From NCBI GenBank assembly GCA_035527935.1, contig DATKZO010000048.1:58690-122689 (forward strand): a stretch of DNA of 64,000 nucleotides, given 5' to 3'. The notes under the pieces were generated by a model. That model did no database searches, was not told the DNA's origin, and worked only from the letters and a program-made list of their open reading frames with translations. The stretch comes from Bacteroidales bacterium (GTDB lineage: Bacteria; Bacteroidota; Bacteroidia; Bacteroidales; VadinHA17). The position numbers were made by a program, and so were the translations under genes. Shown one piece after another: positions 17,789 to 26,822 of the stretch. Position 1 is the first letter of the stretch. Each line of letters opens with the position of its first letter.

Positions 17789-18875
17789 ATGAAAGTTATT
17801 AAAGGTCTCAGCGGAAGGTACTCGAGGTTAACTTAACAGATCGAAGCTTTTCTGTTGTGGATATGGAAAAGAGTGCCACCAGATTATATCCTGGAGCCAA
17901 AGGTCTTGCTCTAAAATTGTTGTACGACAGATTAGCTCCGGGAAATGACCCGCTCGGACCAGATAATCTACTAATTTTCCACACAGGTGCCTATTTGGGT
18001 ACAGGTGCACCCTGTTCAGGCAGGTTTTCCGCCGTTTCAAAATCAACCCTTACAAACATTATTACAAGTTCATCACGTGGAGGTCACTTTGGCATGGCAC
18101 TCAAAACATCCGGATGGGACGGCCTGATAATTTGCGGCAAGTCAGAAAAACCTGTAATTCTTGAGATAGGCTCGGAGGGTGTTAAATTTACCGATGCTGC
18201 CGGTGTTTGGGACAAGAATACCGATACTACACAAGAAGAATTTAAGTCGCAAGGATCAGGTATACTGGCTATCGGGCAAGCAGGAGAAAACCAGCTAAGG
18301 TATGCAAATATTATTTCAGGACACAGGTTCCTGGGACGGTCAGGATTAGGTGCTGTAATGGGATCGAAGAGCCTTAAAGCTGTTATTGCCAGGGAAGATG
18401 AGTATAAGATCGTTCCGGCCAGACCGGAATACTTTAAAAAGATCAGAAAAGTTCTCACAGATGATTTAAACAACAATAAATATACTTCTGTATACTACAG
18501 AAGATATGGTACTGCTGCCAACGTGAGATGGTCTGAAGAAAACATAATGCTCCCGGTGAATAACTTCAGGGACGGAACTCATGTTGATATTAATTCTGTT
18601 TCAGGGCAGACCCTCGAAACAAAGCACATGACCGGAAGTTCAGAAAATGTGGTAGAAGGACACATATTCTTGAGAGATATATGAATATGCAGGAGGGCAT
18701 ATCGGTATCTGATGATACCCTGCCAGGCCGCTTTCTTAACGAAAAAAGGTTTTCAGATCCCAAAAACCGGAAGGTACATCTGAATTGGATGCTCAGGCGA
18801 TACTACCGGTACCGTGGGTATGACAGGAATGGGATTCCAACTGCCGGAACTCTCCGTAAGCTTGAAATCTTATAG
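17789..18875 (+). pseudogene. Aldehyde:ferredoxin oxidoreductase (AOR family) pseudogene: 5' frameshift plus loss of most of the catalytic domain
   Basis: Reading it needs three frames. MKVIKGLSG starts at 17789. The frame of the 17857 ORF then reads KVLEVNLTDRSFSV, with a stop at 17800 in that frame. The AOR N-domain is intact (GRFSAVSKS, GQAGENQLRYANI, GLGAVMGSKSLKAV, YGTAANV...NNFRDG). A remnant ...RKCGRR in a third frame joins straight to ERYMNMQEGISVSDDTLPGRFLNE...RRYYRYRGYDRNGIPT, the extreme C-terminus of AORs. By memory of roughly 600-aa AORs, about 290 codons are missing. Confidence 0.8.
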
Positions 18876-19020
18876 GATATAAGGAGTTGAAGAGATTGAA
18901 GGCCGAAGGCTATTGGCAGATAAATTATTAATCAGTTCCATACCTGTTAAACATATATATATTTTTCAGGTGTCAATGCTCAAAGCCCAACAGAACAGGC
19001 TCCAGCAATCAGAATTAACC

Positions 19021-19944
19021 TCAAACTCCTGACTTTTTTAACCTCCTTCTCTCCAGGGCTGTTATTGCACCCCATAATGAGGCAATTGCAGTTATCAGAT
19101 AGAAAGTGAAACTTACAGTTACAGCAACGTTCTGGTCAAGTCCCAGGTAGTCAGAGATCGAAAAAAAGACCAGCTCACGGATTCCGATCCCTCCTACTGA
19201 CAGCGGTAGCATGGCGGCAATGGACGATATCAGAAATATAAGCAAGTATTCTGGAAAGCCGGTATTAATATTGAAGGTCACAAGGATAATGAGAACAGCC
19301 AGCACCTGAAATATCTGGACCAGAAATGACCAACCAAGAAGCTTCCCAATAATACTTTTCAGGCGTGGCATGAAAAAAAGAATAATGCATATAAAGCCAA
19401 TGAGCGTAATGGGAATACCTACATATGAAATCCATCCATAGTTATCATGCAGGTCGGTTAACAGGATGCAAAGGAGAGCCAGAATCACAAGGGCAGCAAC
19501 ACCGGCAATTCTGTCCGTTAAAACGGCACCGGCACTTATCTTAATGCCGTTTGAATGCATCTTGTTAATAACAACGGTTTTGTAAACATCTCCTCCGATC
19601 CCCCCCGGAAGAAACAGATTATAAAACATACCCGTCCAGTAGAGTTTGAGATTATCCCACCATGAAATGGTAACACTGTATTCATTCAGGATCAGAAGTG
19701 TTCTGAAGGCAGCCACCATCTTCGATGCAACAAAAAGCAGAAAAGCAAAAACCAGATAAACATCATGGGCCGAAGCCAGGATAGTCTTAATGTCACCCAA
19801 CTTGATCCTTTTCAGAACATAAACAATTGCCAAAAGGGAAAGAACGACCTTTATTATTAATATCAGCCAGTCCCTAATCCTTTTATTCAGCACGTTTGAC
19901 CCTTTTAATTTTATATGGTTTCGACCTGTTTGATTCATATTCAT
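19021..19944 (-). CDS. Lysylphosphatidylglycerol-synthase-TM-region / flippase-like membrane protein (UPF0104 family)
   Basis: 307 aa and polytopic, with LPGGIGGDVYK and SVGGIGIRE motifs. The annotated start overlaps the upstream GT2 gene by 62 nt. The true start may be an internal GTG (VLNKRIRD). Confidence 0.7.
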   Translation of the reverse strand: MNMNQTGRNHIKLKGSNVLNKRIRDWLILIIKVVLSLLAIVYVLKRIKLGDIKTILASAHDVYLVFAFLLFVASKMVAAFRTLLILNEYSVTISWWDNLKLYWTGMFYNLFLPGGIGGDVYKTVVINKMHSNGIKISAGAVLTDRIAGVAALVILALLCILLTDLHDNYGWISYVGIPITLIGFICIILFFMPRLKSIIGKLLGWSFLVQIFQVLAVLIILVTFNINTGFPEYLLIFLISSIAAMLPLSVGGIGIRELVFFSISDYLGLDQNVAVTVSFTFYLITAIASLWGAITALERRRLKKSGV

Positions 19945-20824
19945 TTCGGATTACCAAATCAAGGATAAGGCCGGTCGATATTATCTGGAAACCGATAAAT
20001 ATCAGTAAAACACCGAGTATCATTATAGGACGTCCCCAAATATCCTGTCCCATGATTTTCTGAATGAGCAGATATAGAAGAATTATTGCACCGGCAATTG
20101 AGGTGATCACTCCTACAGTCCCGAACAGGTACATTGGTTTTTGACTGTATTTCCTTGAAAAATTCATAAGGATCAGGTCGCTGATCACTTTAAGTGTGCG
20201 GCCTAAGCCATATTTCGACTTCCCGTGTACCCTGGGATGATGTTTCACTTCCACCTGTTCAATAGTGGCACCATCGAGCACTGCCAGAGAAGCCATAAAC
20301 CTGTGCCTCTCACCATATAATGATAATTCTTTTAATATATCTGATCGAAATACTTTTATGCCGCAACCGTTATCCTTAATATTTGTACGGGTCACTTTGC
20401 GCACCATAAAATTGGCTAAATAGGATGGTATCTTTCTCAATATGAAGTCATCAGCCCGGTTAGCCCTGATACCTGTGACGATATCACAATCTTTCTGCCT
20501 GAGTACATCAAGCATCATAAGCAGGTCATAAGGATCATTCTGCATGTCACCATCCAACGTAGCAATGTAATCCCCATCTGCATGATCGATGCCTGCTTTA
20601 ATGGCAGCTGTCTGCCCAAAATTCCTTTTTAGCTCAATAAGGGTAATATTCCGGGCGATAATGCTTTTGATCTCGGTGACCGTGTGGTCTTCCGATCCAT
20701 CGTCAACGAATATGATCTCATACTTTATTCCGGAATGCTGCAAAGCCTTGTTGATCTGATCTGTCAGTGGCCTGATATTCTTTTCTTCGTTGTAAACTGG
20801 TATGACAATTGACATTTTTTCCAT
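19883..20824 (-). CDS. Family 2 glycosyltransferase, polyprenol-phosphate sugar transferase type (ArnC/GtrB/DPM1-like)
   Basis: It has MSIVIPVYNEEKNI, FVDDGSED and LDGDMQNDP motifs plus two C-terminal TM helices. The ATG at 20824 is preferred over the GTG at 20827. Confidence 0.85.
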   Translation of the reverse strand: MEKMSIVIPVYNEEKNIRPLTDQINKALQHSGIKYEIIFVDDGSEDHTVTEIKSIIARNITLIELKRNFGQTAAIKAGIDHADGDYIATLDGDMQNDPYDLLMMLDVLRQKDCDIVTGIRANRADDFILRKIPSYLANFMVRKVTRTNIKDNGCGIKVFRSDILKELSLYGERHRFMASLAVLDGATIEQVEVKHHPRVHGKSKYGLGRTLKVISDLILMNFSRKYSQKPMYLFGTVGVITSIAGAIILLYLLIQKIMGQDIWGRPIMILGVLLIFIGFQIISTGLILDLVIRNEYESNRSKPYKIKRVKRAE

Positions 20825-20826
20825 CA

Positions 20827-22491
20827 CTATCGGATTTTAAGCAGGAATATATTCTTAAGTTCACCTTCTCTGGTCCTGGGATTCAGGAATCTGATCGAAA
20901 TATTGGTCAGTTTTTTATAGGGGAAAATATACTGACAGGTAATTATCTCCTCATCATGAGCTTTTATCGCATTATACCCTTTTTCAGAGGTGATAAACCA
21001 GCATGATTCATGATCAAGAATATTATCCAACTGTTCTCCGGAAATACGGATGGAGACGTTTTTTGGATAAAAATAGGTCTCATAATGCGGATATTCGTAG
21101 GTATAAAGCACAGAATTGTCCTGTGCTATTTTATTATAAAGGTATGATGCCTGGATAGGACCATGATATTTAATGGATGAAGGCATATAGACGGTGTTTG
21201 CCACAAAATTAAAGGCTAAAATCGTAACTACAGGAGGAATAATCACCTTCTGGATTCCTGACTTCAACTTCTGGTAACTATAGATCAATATCAGCAACAT
21301 AAGTATTACAGGTATCCAAATCAGTGATCTTCCTGTAGGGAAGAAATATGTTATAAAAGCTGCTGTCAGCACCCACAGCAGGACAATAATTATGTCTCTG
21401 ATAATCAGCATCCATTTGTATGTTTTAGGATAGCTATCGGAGTAAGAAACATCATTTATGCATCTGGCTGTTATAATCGATAGAAAGGGGATTAGTGGAA
21501 GGAAGTAGTGTGGAGACTGCTGACTTGAGAGGGAGATGATTAATGCCAGGGGAATAATTACAGAGTAGCTATAAACATTGTAATAATTCTTAACTGAAAA
21601 TTTGTTACCCAGCCATTGCCTCCAATCCCTTATAAAAGCGGTGAAAGCATAAAATGACCACGGCAGGAAAATGTAAGCAATAGTATGAAAGAAAAATGTG
21701 TAGTCATGTCTGTAATTCGAATATTCTCCACGTAACCTGTCAATATTGTTCGACCAAAAGAAAAATTTTATCCCGCTTATCCCAAACTGATCATATAATC
21801 CTTTTAAGAAAGGGAGGAGGATGAGCAGTAATATGGGAAGACCAGCCAGCCACTTGACCGAAAAAAGTGTCCTGAAATCCTTTTTTATCATAAGGAAGCC
21901 TGATATGGCAAATACAGGTATCACCAGACCGATCATCCCTTTTGATATCATTGCCAGGCCAACACCCGTAAACCCTAAAATAAAATTGAGTGGTTTACGT
22001 GAGTTCAGGTACTCTGCAAGTTGCCAGGTACCGAAAATAATATTGGAGGTAAGGAGTGCGTCTGTGTGAATATCCATGTTATATAACAGTAAAGCCTCGC
22101 TGGTAGTGTATACTACAGCGGCAATGATACCGGTCCGTTTGTCATAGCAAAGCAGGCCCATTCGGTATGTCGAATATATACCCAGAAAAGTAAAAAGAAG
22201 GGTGGGTATTTTAAAGGAAAATATTGAAATCCCAAAGATCCTGAAGGATATGGCCCCAAGCCAGAACAGTAAAGGAGGTTTTTGCATGTAAGGTTCCCCG
22301 TGTATCTTAAGATGAATAAAATCACCATGTTCAAAGATCTCACGGCTTATCGATGCATATTTGGCAGAATCTACGGTGGTTTCTGAAAAAAGGCCGGTAA
22401 TATATACTAATAGAGTAAATGCTATCAGCGTTATATACATAAAGTTTCTATGCAATATTTTCCCCTTTACAATATTTATCAGAAACACCAT
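20827..22491 (-). CDS. ArnT/PMT-like glycosyltransferase (GT39/GT83-type, polyprenol-phosphate-sugar dependent)
   Basis: 554 aa and highly polytopic. The N-terminal loop DSAKYASISREI...YMQKPPLLFWL is typical of ArnT-like enzymes. Its stop abuts the GT2 start. Confidence 0.8.
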   Translation of the reverse strand: MVFLINIVKGKILHRNFMYITLIAFTLLVYITGLFSETTVDSAKYASISREIFEHGDFIHLKIHGEPYMQKPPLLFWLGAISFRIFGISIFSFKIPTLLFTFLGIYSTYRMGLLCYDKRTGIIAAVVYTTSEALLLYNMDIHTDALLTSNIIFGTWQLAEYLNSRKPLNFILGFTGVGLAMISKGMIGLVIPVFAISGFLMIKKDFRTLFSVKWLAGLPILLLILLPFLKGLYDQFGISGIKFFFWSNNIDRLRGEYSNYRHDYTFFFHTIAYIFLPWSFYAFTAFIRDWRQWLGNKFSVKNYYNVYSYSVIIPLALIISLSSQQSPHYFLPLIPFLSIITARCINDVSYSDSYPKTYKWMLIIRDIIIVLLWVLTAAFITYFFPTGRSLIWIPVILMLLILIYSYQKLKSGIQKVIIPPVVTILAFNFVANTVYMPSSIKYHGPIQASYLYNKIAQDNSVLYTYEYPHYETYFYPKNVSIRISGEQLDNILDHESCWFITSEKGYNAIKAHDEEIITCQYIFPYKKLTNISIRFLNPRTREGELKNIFLLKIR

Positions 22492-22645
22492 GCGGGATAA
22501 TTTGCTGTTTTTTATACAAGTATTAATTCGGGCAAATACAAATAATTATTATAAACAGAAATGTTTAGTAAAATTAGTAAATAATATGAAATCTGCTCAG
22601 AGGCAGAACCAAGGAGAATAGGCAGTCAACGCCTGACAGGTAACA

Positions 22646-24139
22646 CTAAACGTTTAGCTGAACCGAAGCATCAGCTCTCTCCATCTTTCTTACTCCGGTA
22701 GTTCCTCCCTCTTCAAGGTGGATCTGATGAGGCTTGTTGGTTTTCCATGTTCCACAGGTAAAATCGGGTACATCGATGGATGTGGACCTGTTTGCCACTG
22801 ACCATTCGCTGAGCGGACTAATTGAACTCCATAGAGCAGCATCGTACACATCCTGGTCGATCGATAAGCCATTCCTGAGGCAGTCGATAAGTCTCCAGTC
22901 CATAATGAAGTCCATACCGCCATGTCCCCCAACTTTTTTTGCCATCGCTCCTACCCTCCTTACAATCTCAGGAGTATACTTTTCCTGAATTTCATTGAAC
23001 TCGTCCTCATTAAGCCAGATATGCCCGATTGCGATGCGGGCAGGTTCTGGCCACTTACGTGCCACACCTTTTGTCCCGCTCAGAAGGTGTATCCTCGAAT
23101 AGGGCCTTGGTGTTGACACATCATGCTGTATCATTACAGTACGTCCCAGGGCCGTCCGGATAAGGGTGACATTCATGTTACCCCTGTATTTGTCTTCAGT
23201 ATAGGGTGAGAAGAATTCATCCTCTGCTGCGAGCTCGAGAGCCCTCTTATGCATAGTAAAATCATTGGAAGAGATTGAGGTGAGATAATCCATCCTGTCA
23301 CCCCTGTTTATATTCATTGCCTGACATACCGGGCCTAATCCATGTGTAGGGTAAAGGTTGCCATTGCGGTTGTAATTTTCCTTAAGCCTCCACATATCAA
23401 CATATCCGCTACCTGTAGGATCATCGTTATCAAATTTATCAAAGTTCAGGTCGGTCAGTGTATGAATATAGGCTCCCTCACCATGTACCAGATCGCCAAA
23501 CATACCCTGCCTGGTCATATTCAGGGTTAAGAGTTCGAAGAAGTCATAGCAGCAATTCTCAAGCTGCATGCAATGCTTCCTGGTACGTTCTGATGTCTCA
23601 ACGAGCTGCCAGGCTTCTTCGAGTGTCTTTGCGATTGGAACCTCACAGGCTACATGCTTACCATTTTCCATTGCATATACCGACATTGGAGTATGCAGGT
23701 GCCATGGAGTGCATATATAAATAAGGTCAATGTCATCTCTCTGGCAAAGCTCTTTCCATGCATCTTCCTCTCCGGTATATGATGCTGCTTCGTTAAAGCC
23801 AAACCTTGCCAGTGTTTGTTGTGATGCCTTTACTGCCGCCGGTCGCTTATCACAGAGAGCTATCACTTCAGTGCCATCTATATTCATCATCCTGTATACA
23901 GCACCACTGCCGCGGCTTCCCAATCCGATAAATCCCACCCTGACTGTGTCGATCATTGGGGCTGCATATCCGCTCATATTGAAATTCTGGACATGCTCTT
24001 GTGAAGCAGTCTGTTTTATATGACTTAAATTTGACTCCTTTTGTTCAGGTGATGAGCAACTATTTACTACGTTACCTGTAACTGCAACTGCACTTACAGC
24101 TGCCGCAGTTTTTAAGAAATTACGCCTGTTGGTTTTCAT
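22646..24139 (-). CDS. GH109-like NAD-dependent glycosidase (alpha-N-acetylgalactosaminidase family; Gfo/Idh/MocA fold), Tat signal
   Basis: It has MKTNRRNFLKTAAAVSAVAV, VGFIGLGSRGSG, NGNLYPTHGLGPVCQAMNINRGD, GGHGGMDF and a PDFTCGTWKTNKP tail. These closely recall the characterised Elizabethkingia GH109 enzyme as I remember it. I prefer the ATG at 24139 over the TTG at 24172. Confidence 0.8.
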   Translation of the reverse strand: MKTNRRNFLKTAAAVSAVAVTGNVVNSCSSPEQKESNLSHIKQTASQEHVQNFNMSGYAAPMIDTVRVGFIGLGSRGSGAVYRMMNIDGTEVIALCDKRPAAVKASQQTLARFGFNEAASYTGEEDAWKELCQRDDIDLIYICTPWHLHTPMSVYAMENGKHVACEVPIAKTLEEAWQLVETSERTRKHCMQLENCCYDFFELLTLNMTRQGMFGDLVHGEGAYIHTLTDLNFDKFDNDDPTGSGYVDMWRLKENYNRNGNLYPTHGLGPVCQAMNINRGDRMDYLTSISSNDFTMHKRALELAAEDEFFSPYTEDKYRGNMNVTLIRTALGRTVMIQHDVSTPRPYSRIHLLSGTKGVARKWPEPARIAIGHIWLNEDEFNEIQEKYTPEIVRRVGAMAKKVGGHGGMDFIMDWRLIDCLRNGLSIDQDVYDAALWSSISPLSEWSVANRSTSIDVPDFTCGTWKTNKPHQIHLEEGGTTGVRKMERADASVQLNV

Positions 24140-24252
24140 ATTCAGATCATTATTGGAGTTTTGTATAATCAAAACTTGAACGATCGTTCAAAATACGAAA
24201 AATATCTGAAAAAAACGGCGAGAGTGTTCAGGGGTGAGAGCTTATCAACCCA

Positions 24253-24470
24253 TTAAACCTTATCAACCTTCCTCTTCAGGAACCCGATCAGCACATCTCC
24301 CGCCAGGTAGGGATCAGGGCATAAAGTGTGGTGAGGTACCATTTTTATTTAATAGGGCAGGTTCCGGAATTACACCCAAAAAACTCCCGGTAAAGGAATC
24401 CGGCCAGTGCACCTGCCGTTGCAAACAATATTTTCAGGCAGTGTTTCTTTATCAATCCGATCAGTTTCAT
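24253..24470 (-). pseudogene. Small two-TM membrane protein gene (GC-x-SGTCP motif family) apparently split by a frameshift in an A-run; alternatively an intact 41-aa ORF
   Basis: This is below the track cutoff. The ATG at 24470 gives MKLIGLIKKHCLKILFATAGALAGFLYREFFGCNSGTCPIK, stopping at 24345. In another frame, 24342-24253 continues as MVPHHTLCPDPYLAGDVLIGFLKRKVDKV, which looks like the missing second hydrophobic half. Confidence 0.35.
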
Positions 24471-24540
24471 AACTGCTTTTGCCTAACTGGCAAATTCCTG
24501 TTTGAATTGTTTTCTTAAATGCATAAGTGATCTCCGGTCC

Positions 24541-25668
24541 TCAGCTGATATCAACACCAGCCTTCCTGTAAACGATTTTTAACTGCTCAATCTCTGCTTC
24601 CCATGAATATTTTGCGGAAGCTTTTACCGAATTTTCCTTGAGCTCCTTCAACAGATCTCTGTCCGTTTCGATTTTCCTTATTGCCTCCGCTATCAGTCCG
24701 GGGTCATTGCCCGAAACAAGTAACCCGCATTTGTTTTCACTCACTATTGCTGAAATTTCCGGAAGATCAGTGGCAATTATTGCCACACCGGCATTCAGAT
24801 AATCAAATATCTTATTTGGCAGGCTGTAATAATAGTTTGGACTGTTACCACTGTCAAGACTCATCCCCACATCAGCCATACCAGTTATTTTCATCATTTC
24901 CTCCCATGGCATTACAGGCAAAAAGGTTACCCTTTCAGCCAGTCCGGATTCCGCAACCCTGGCCTTCAATTCCGGTACGACGTTGCCCTTTCCGATAAAT
25001 ATAAGATGTACTCTTTCGCATCGAGCAAGCGCCTCCAGTAATTCTGAACCTCCCCTGCCTACGTTTATCCCTGTGCCCTGTACCACCAGGAGAAGTTCCT
25101 CTTTGTCTAAACCAAAATCAATACGTGCCGACGGAATAAAACCGGATCTCTTACTGAAGTTTCTTACAACAACCGGTTCAATTCCATACTCCTCCTGATA
25201 CAATGATGCTATTGATCTGTTCACAGTCATCATATTTTCTACATAGGGAAGGGTACTCATTTCAATGCGTTTCCATACACCCCTTACAAATGGCCTGTTC
25301 ATTAATTCCGGTACTCCGGTGAAATACTCATGGGCATCGTATACCAAAGATTTACATCTTAATTTTGAAACCAGAAAATTAGGCAGGAGAGTGTCAAGAT
25401 CATTCGCAACAAGGATATCAACAGGTTTAAAGAGCAGGTAAAAGAATAGTCTGATATTTAACCACTTATAAAACAGTACCCCCTTCCTGAAAAGCATACG
25501 GAACCGTTTTGTCCTGAAGGGGATGTTTTCAGCTTGCAAACTTGCAGGAAGTTCACGTCCCACAATTGTGATGTTCTGGCCCCATTTAGTTAAGGCCTCT
25601 GATATCTTCAGCACCCGGTTATCGGTAACTATATCATTGGAAACCGATATATAAATCCGTTTTGCCAT
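24541..25668 (-). CDS. Glycosyltransferase family 4 (GT-B, GT1 superfamily)
   Basis: The start is MAKRIYISVSNDIVTDNRVLK (ATG at 25668). The C-terminal half has an EX7E-like region (SLPNKIFDYLNAGVAIIATDLPE). Confidence 0.8.
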   Translation of the reverse strand: MAKRIYISVSNDIVTDNRVLKISEALTKWGQNITIVGRELPASLQAENIPFRTKRFRMLFRKGVLFYKWLNIRLFFYLLFKPVDILVANDLDTLLPNFLVSKLRCKSLVYDAHEYFTGVPELMNRPFVRGVWKRIEMSTLPYVENMMTVNRSIASLYQEEYGIEPVVVRNFSKRSGFIPSARIDFGLDKEELLLVVQGTGINVGRGGSELLEALARCERVHLIFIGKGNVVPELKARVAESGLAERVTFLPVMPWEEMMKITGMADVGMSLDSGNSPNYYYSLPNKIFDYLNAGVAIIATDLPEISAIVSENKCGLLVSGNDPGLIAEAIRKIETDRDLLKELKENSVKASAKYSWEAEIEQLKIVYRKAGVDIS

Positions 25669-25852
25669 ATACAAATATAGGATGAATATTGCATAATTGT
25701 GGATCGCTAATAATGAGTTTGGATTCTGATACTTGTCCATAATCCATAACACCTGCAGAATTGCGAAATTACAAGGGAAATATTACTTTTAGTCTGATTA
25801 TGGTAAATATAATCTATACTAATTTCTACAATATTTAACCAACCGGCAAAGA

Positions 25853-26803
25853 ATGATATTCATTGACAGCCAGCAGATCAAGATAGCAGCAACATATACT
25901 GACTGGATTGACAGCATGGAAAAAGCACTTTTACAGGATCCGGCCACAGATTTCATAATGCCTCATCGAACACATCTTGATTTTGAGAATAACACTCTCC
26001 TTATTATGCCATGTATCAATAAGGAGTATATATCCACAAAACTGATCTCATTGTTTCCGGCAAATCTGGATATCGGGAAACCACTCCTTTCAGGCCTGGT
26101 TATATTGAACAACGGCATAACAGGTGAACCGCTGGCAGTGCTTGATGGCAGTACCATCACTGCAATGCGAACTGCCGGCGTTGGATCAGTTGGGGTAAGA
26201 CATCTCTCTGTGCCTGATGTTGAGAATCTGGGGATTATCGGTCTCGGAACCCAGGGAATTTATCAGGCAATTTTTGCCTGTTCTGAACGTGATTTCAGGA
26301 GGATATATATATTTGATTGCTGCAAGAGCAGTACAGATAATTTCAGGAGCGTTTTTTCACCGATCTATCCGCATATAGAAATCATCCAGGCAGATGATGC
26401 AAGACAACTCTGTGAGGAGAGTGAGGTCATAATAACTGCAACAAACTCATCCTCTCCTGTGATACCCGATGAGAGAGAAATTCTTTATGGGAAAACTGTA
26501 ATAGGTATTGGATCCTATAAGCCTGATATGCGTGAGTTTCCGGATACCCTGTTTAATATGATTGAGTACATGTTTATCGATACTCTTCATGGCATGAAAG
26601 AAAGTGGCGACCTCCTGGAACCTGTGAAAAAGAGAATTCTAAACCAAAATCAGTTCATCACGATCGATAAGGTTATCCGGGGAGTTGTGGCACCTGGGCC
26701 GACATCGGTATTCAAAACAGTTGGAATGGCTCTATTCGATCTGTACGGAGCAAAACTGGTATATGAATCAATTATTCATGAGCATCAGGAAAAATTAAAA
26801 TAA
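25853..26803 (+). CDS. Ornithine cyclodeaminase / mu-crystallin family protein
   Basis: 316 aa, with ITAMRTAGVGSVGVRHL, a Rossmann motif LGIIGLGTQG and the GSYKPDMRE motif context. Confidence 0.8.
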   Translation: MIFIDSQQIKIAATYTDWIDSMEKALLQDPATDFIMPHRTHLDFENNTLLIMPCINKEYISTKLISLFPANLDIGKPLLSGLVILNNGITGEPLAVLDGSTITAMRTAGVGSVGVRHLSVPDVENLGIIGLGTQGIYQAIFACSERDFRRIYIFDCCKSSTDNFRSVFSPIYPHIEIIQADDARQLCEESEVIITATNSSSPVIPDEREILYGKTVIGIGSYKPDMREFPDTLFNMIEYMFIDTLHGMKESGDLLEPVKKRILNQNQFITIDKVIRGVVAPGPTSVFKTVGMALFDLYGAKLVYESIIHEHQEKLK

Positions 26804-26822
26804 TCTTTGAGAGATTCACCAA

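Noticed and set aside
18890-18915. CGAAGG-type purine motifs just downstream of stop codons at three sites (12735, 18898, 30818), as a possible shared 3' element.
   Set aside because: The common core is only a hexamer, expected many times by chance in 64 kb. Only the 12735-12790 tandem array stands on its own.
24234-24518. 94-aa + strand ORF in the GH109/GT4 spacer.
   Set aside because: It has a GTG start and low-complexity, Pro/Ser/Gly-rich content. It lies antisense to the better-supported small membrane-protein frame on the minus strand.
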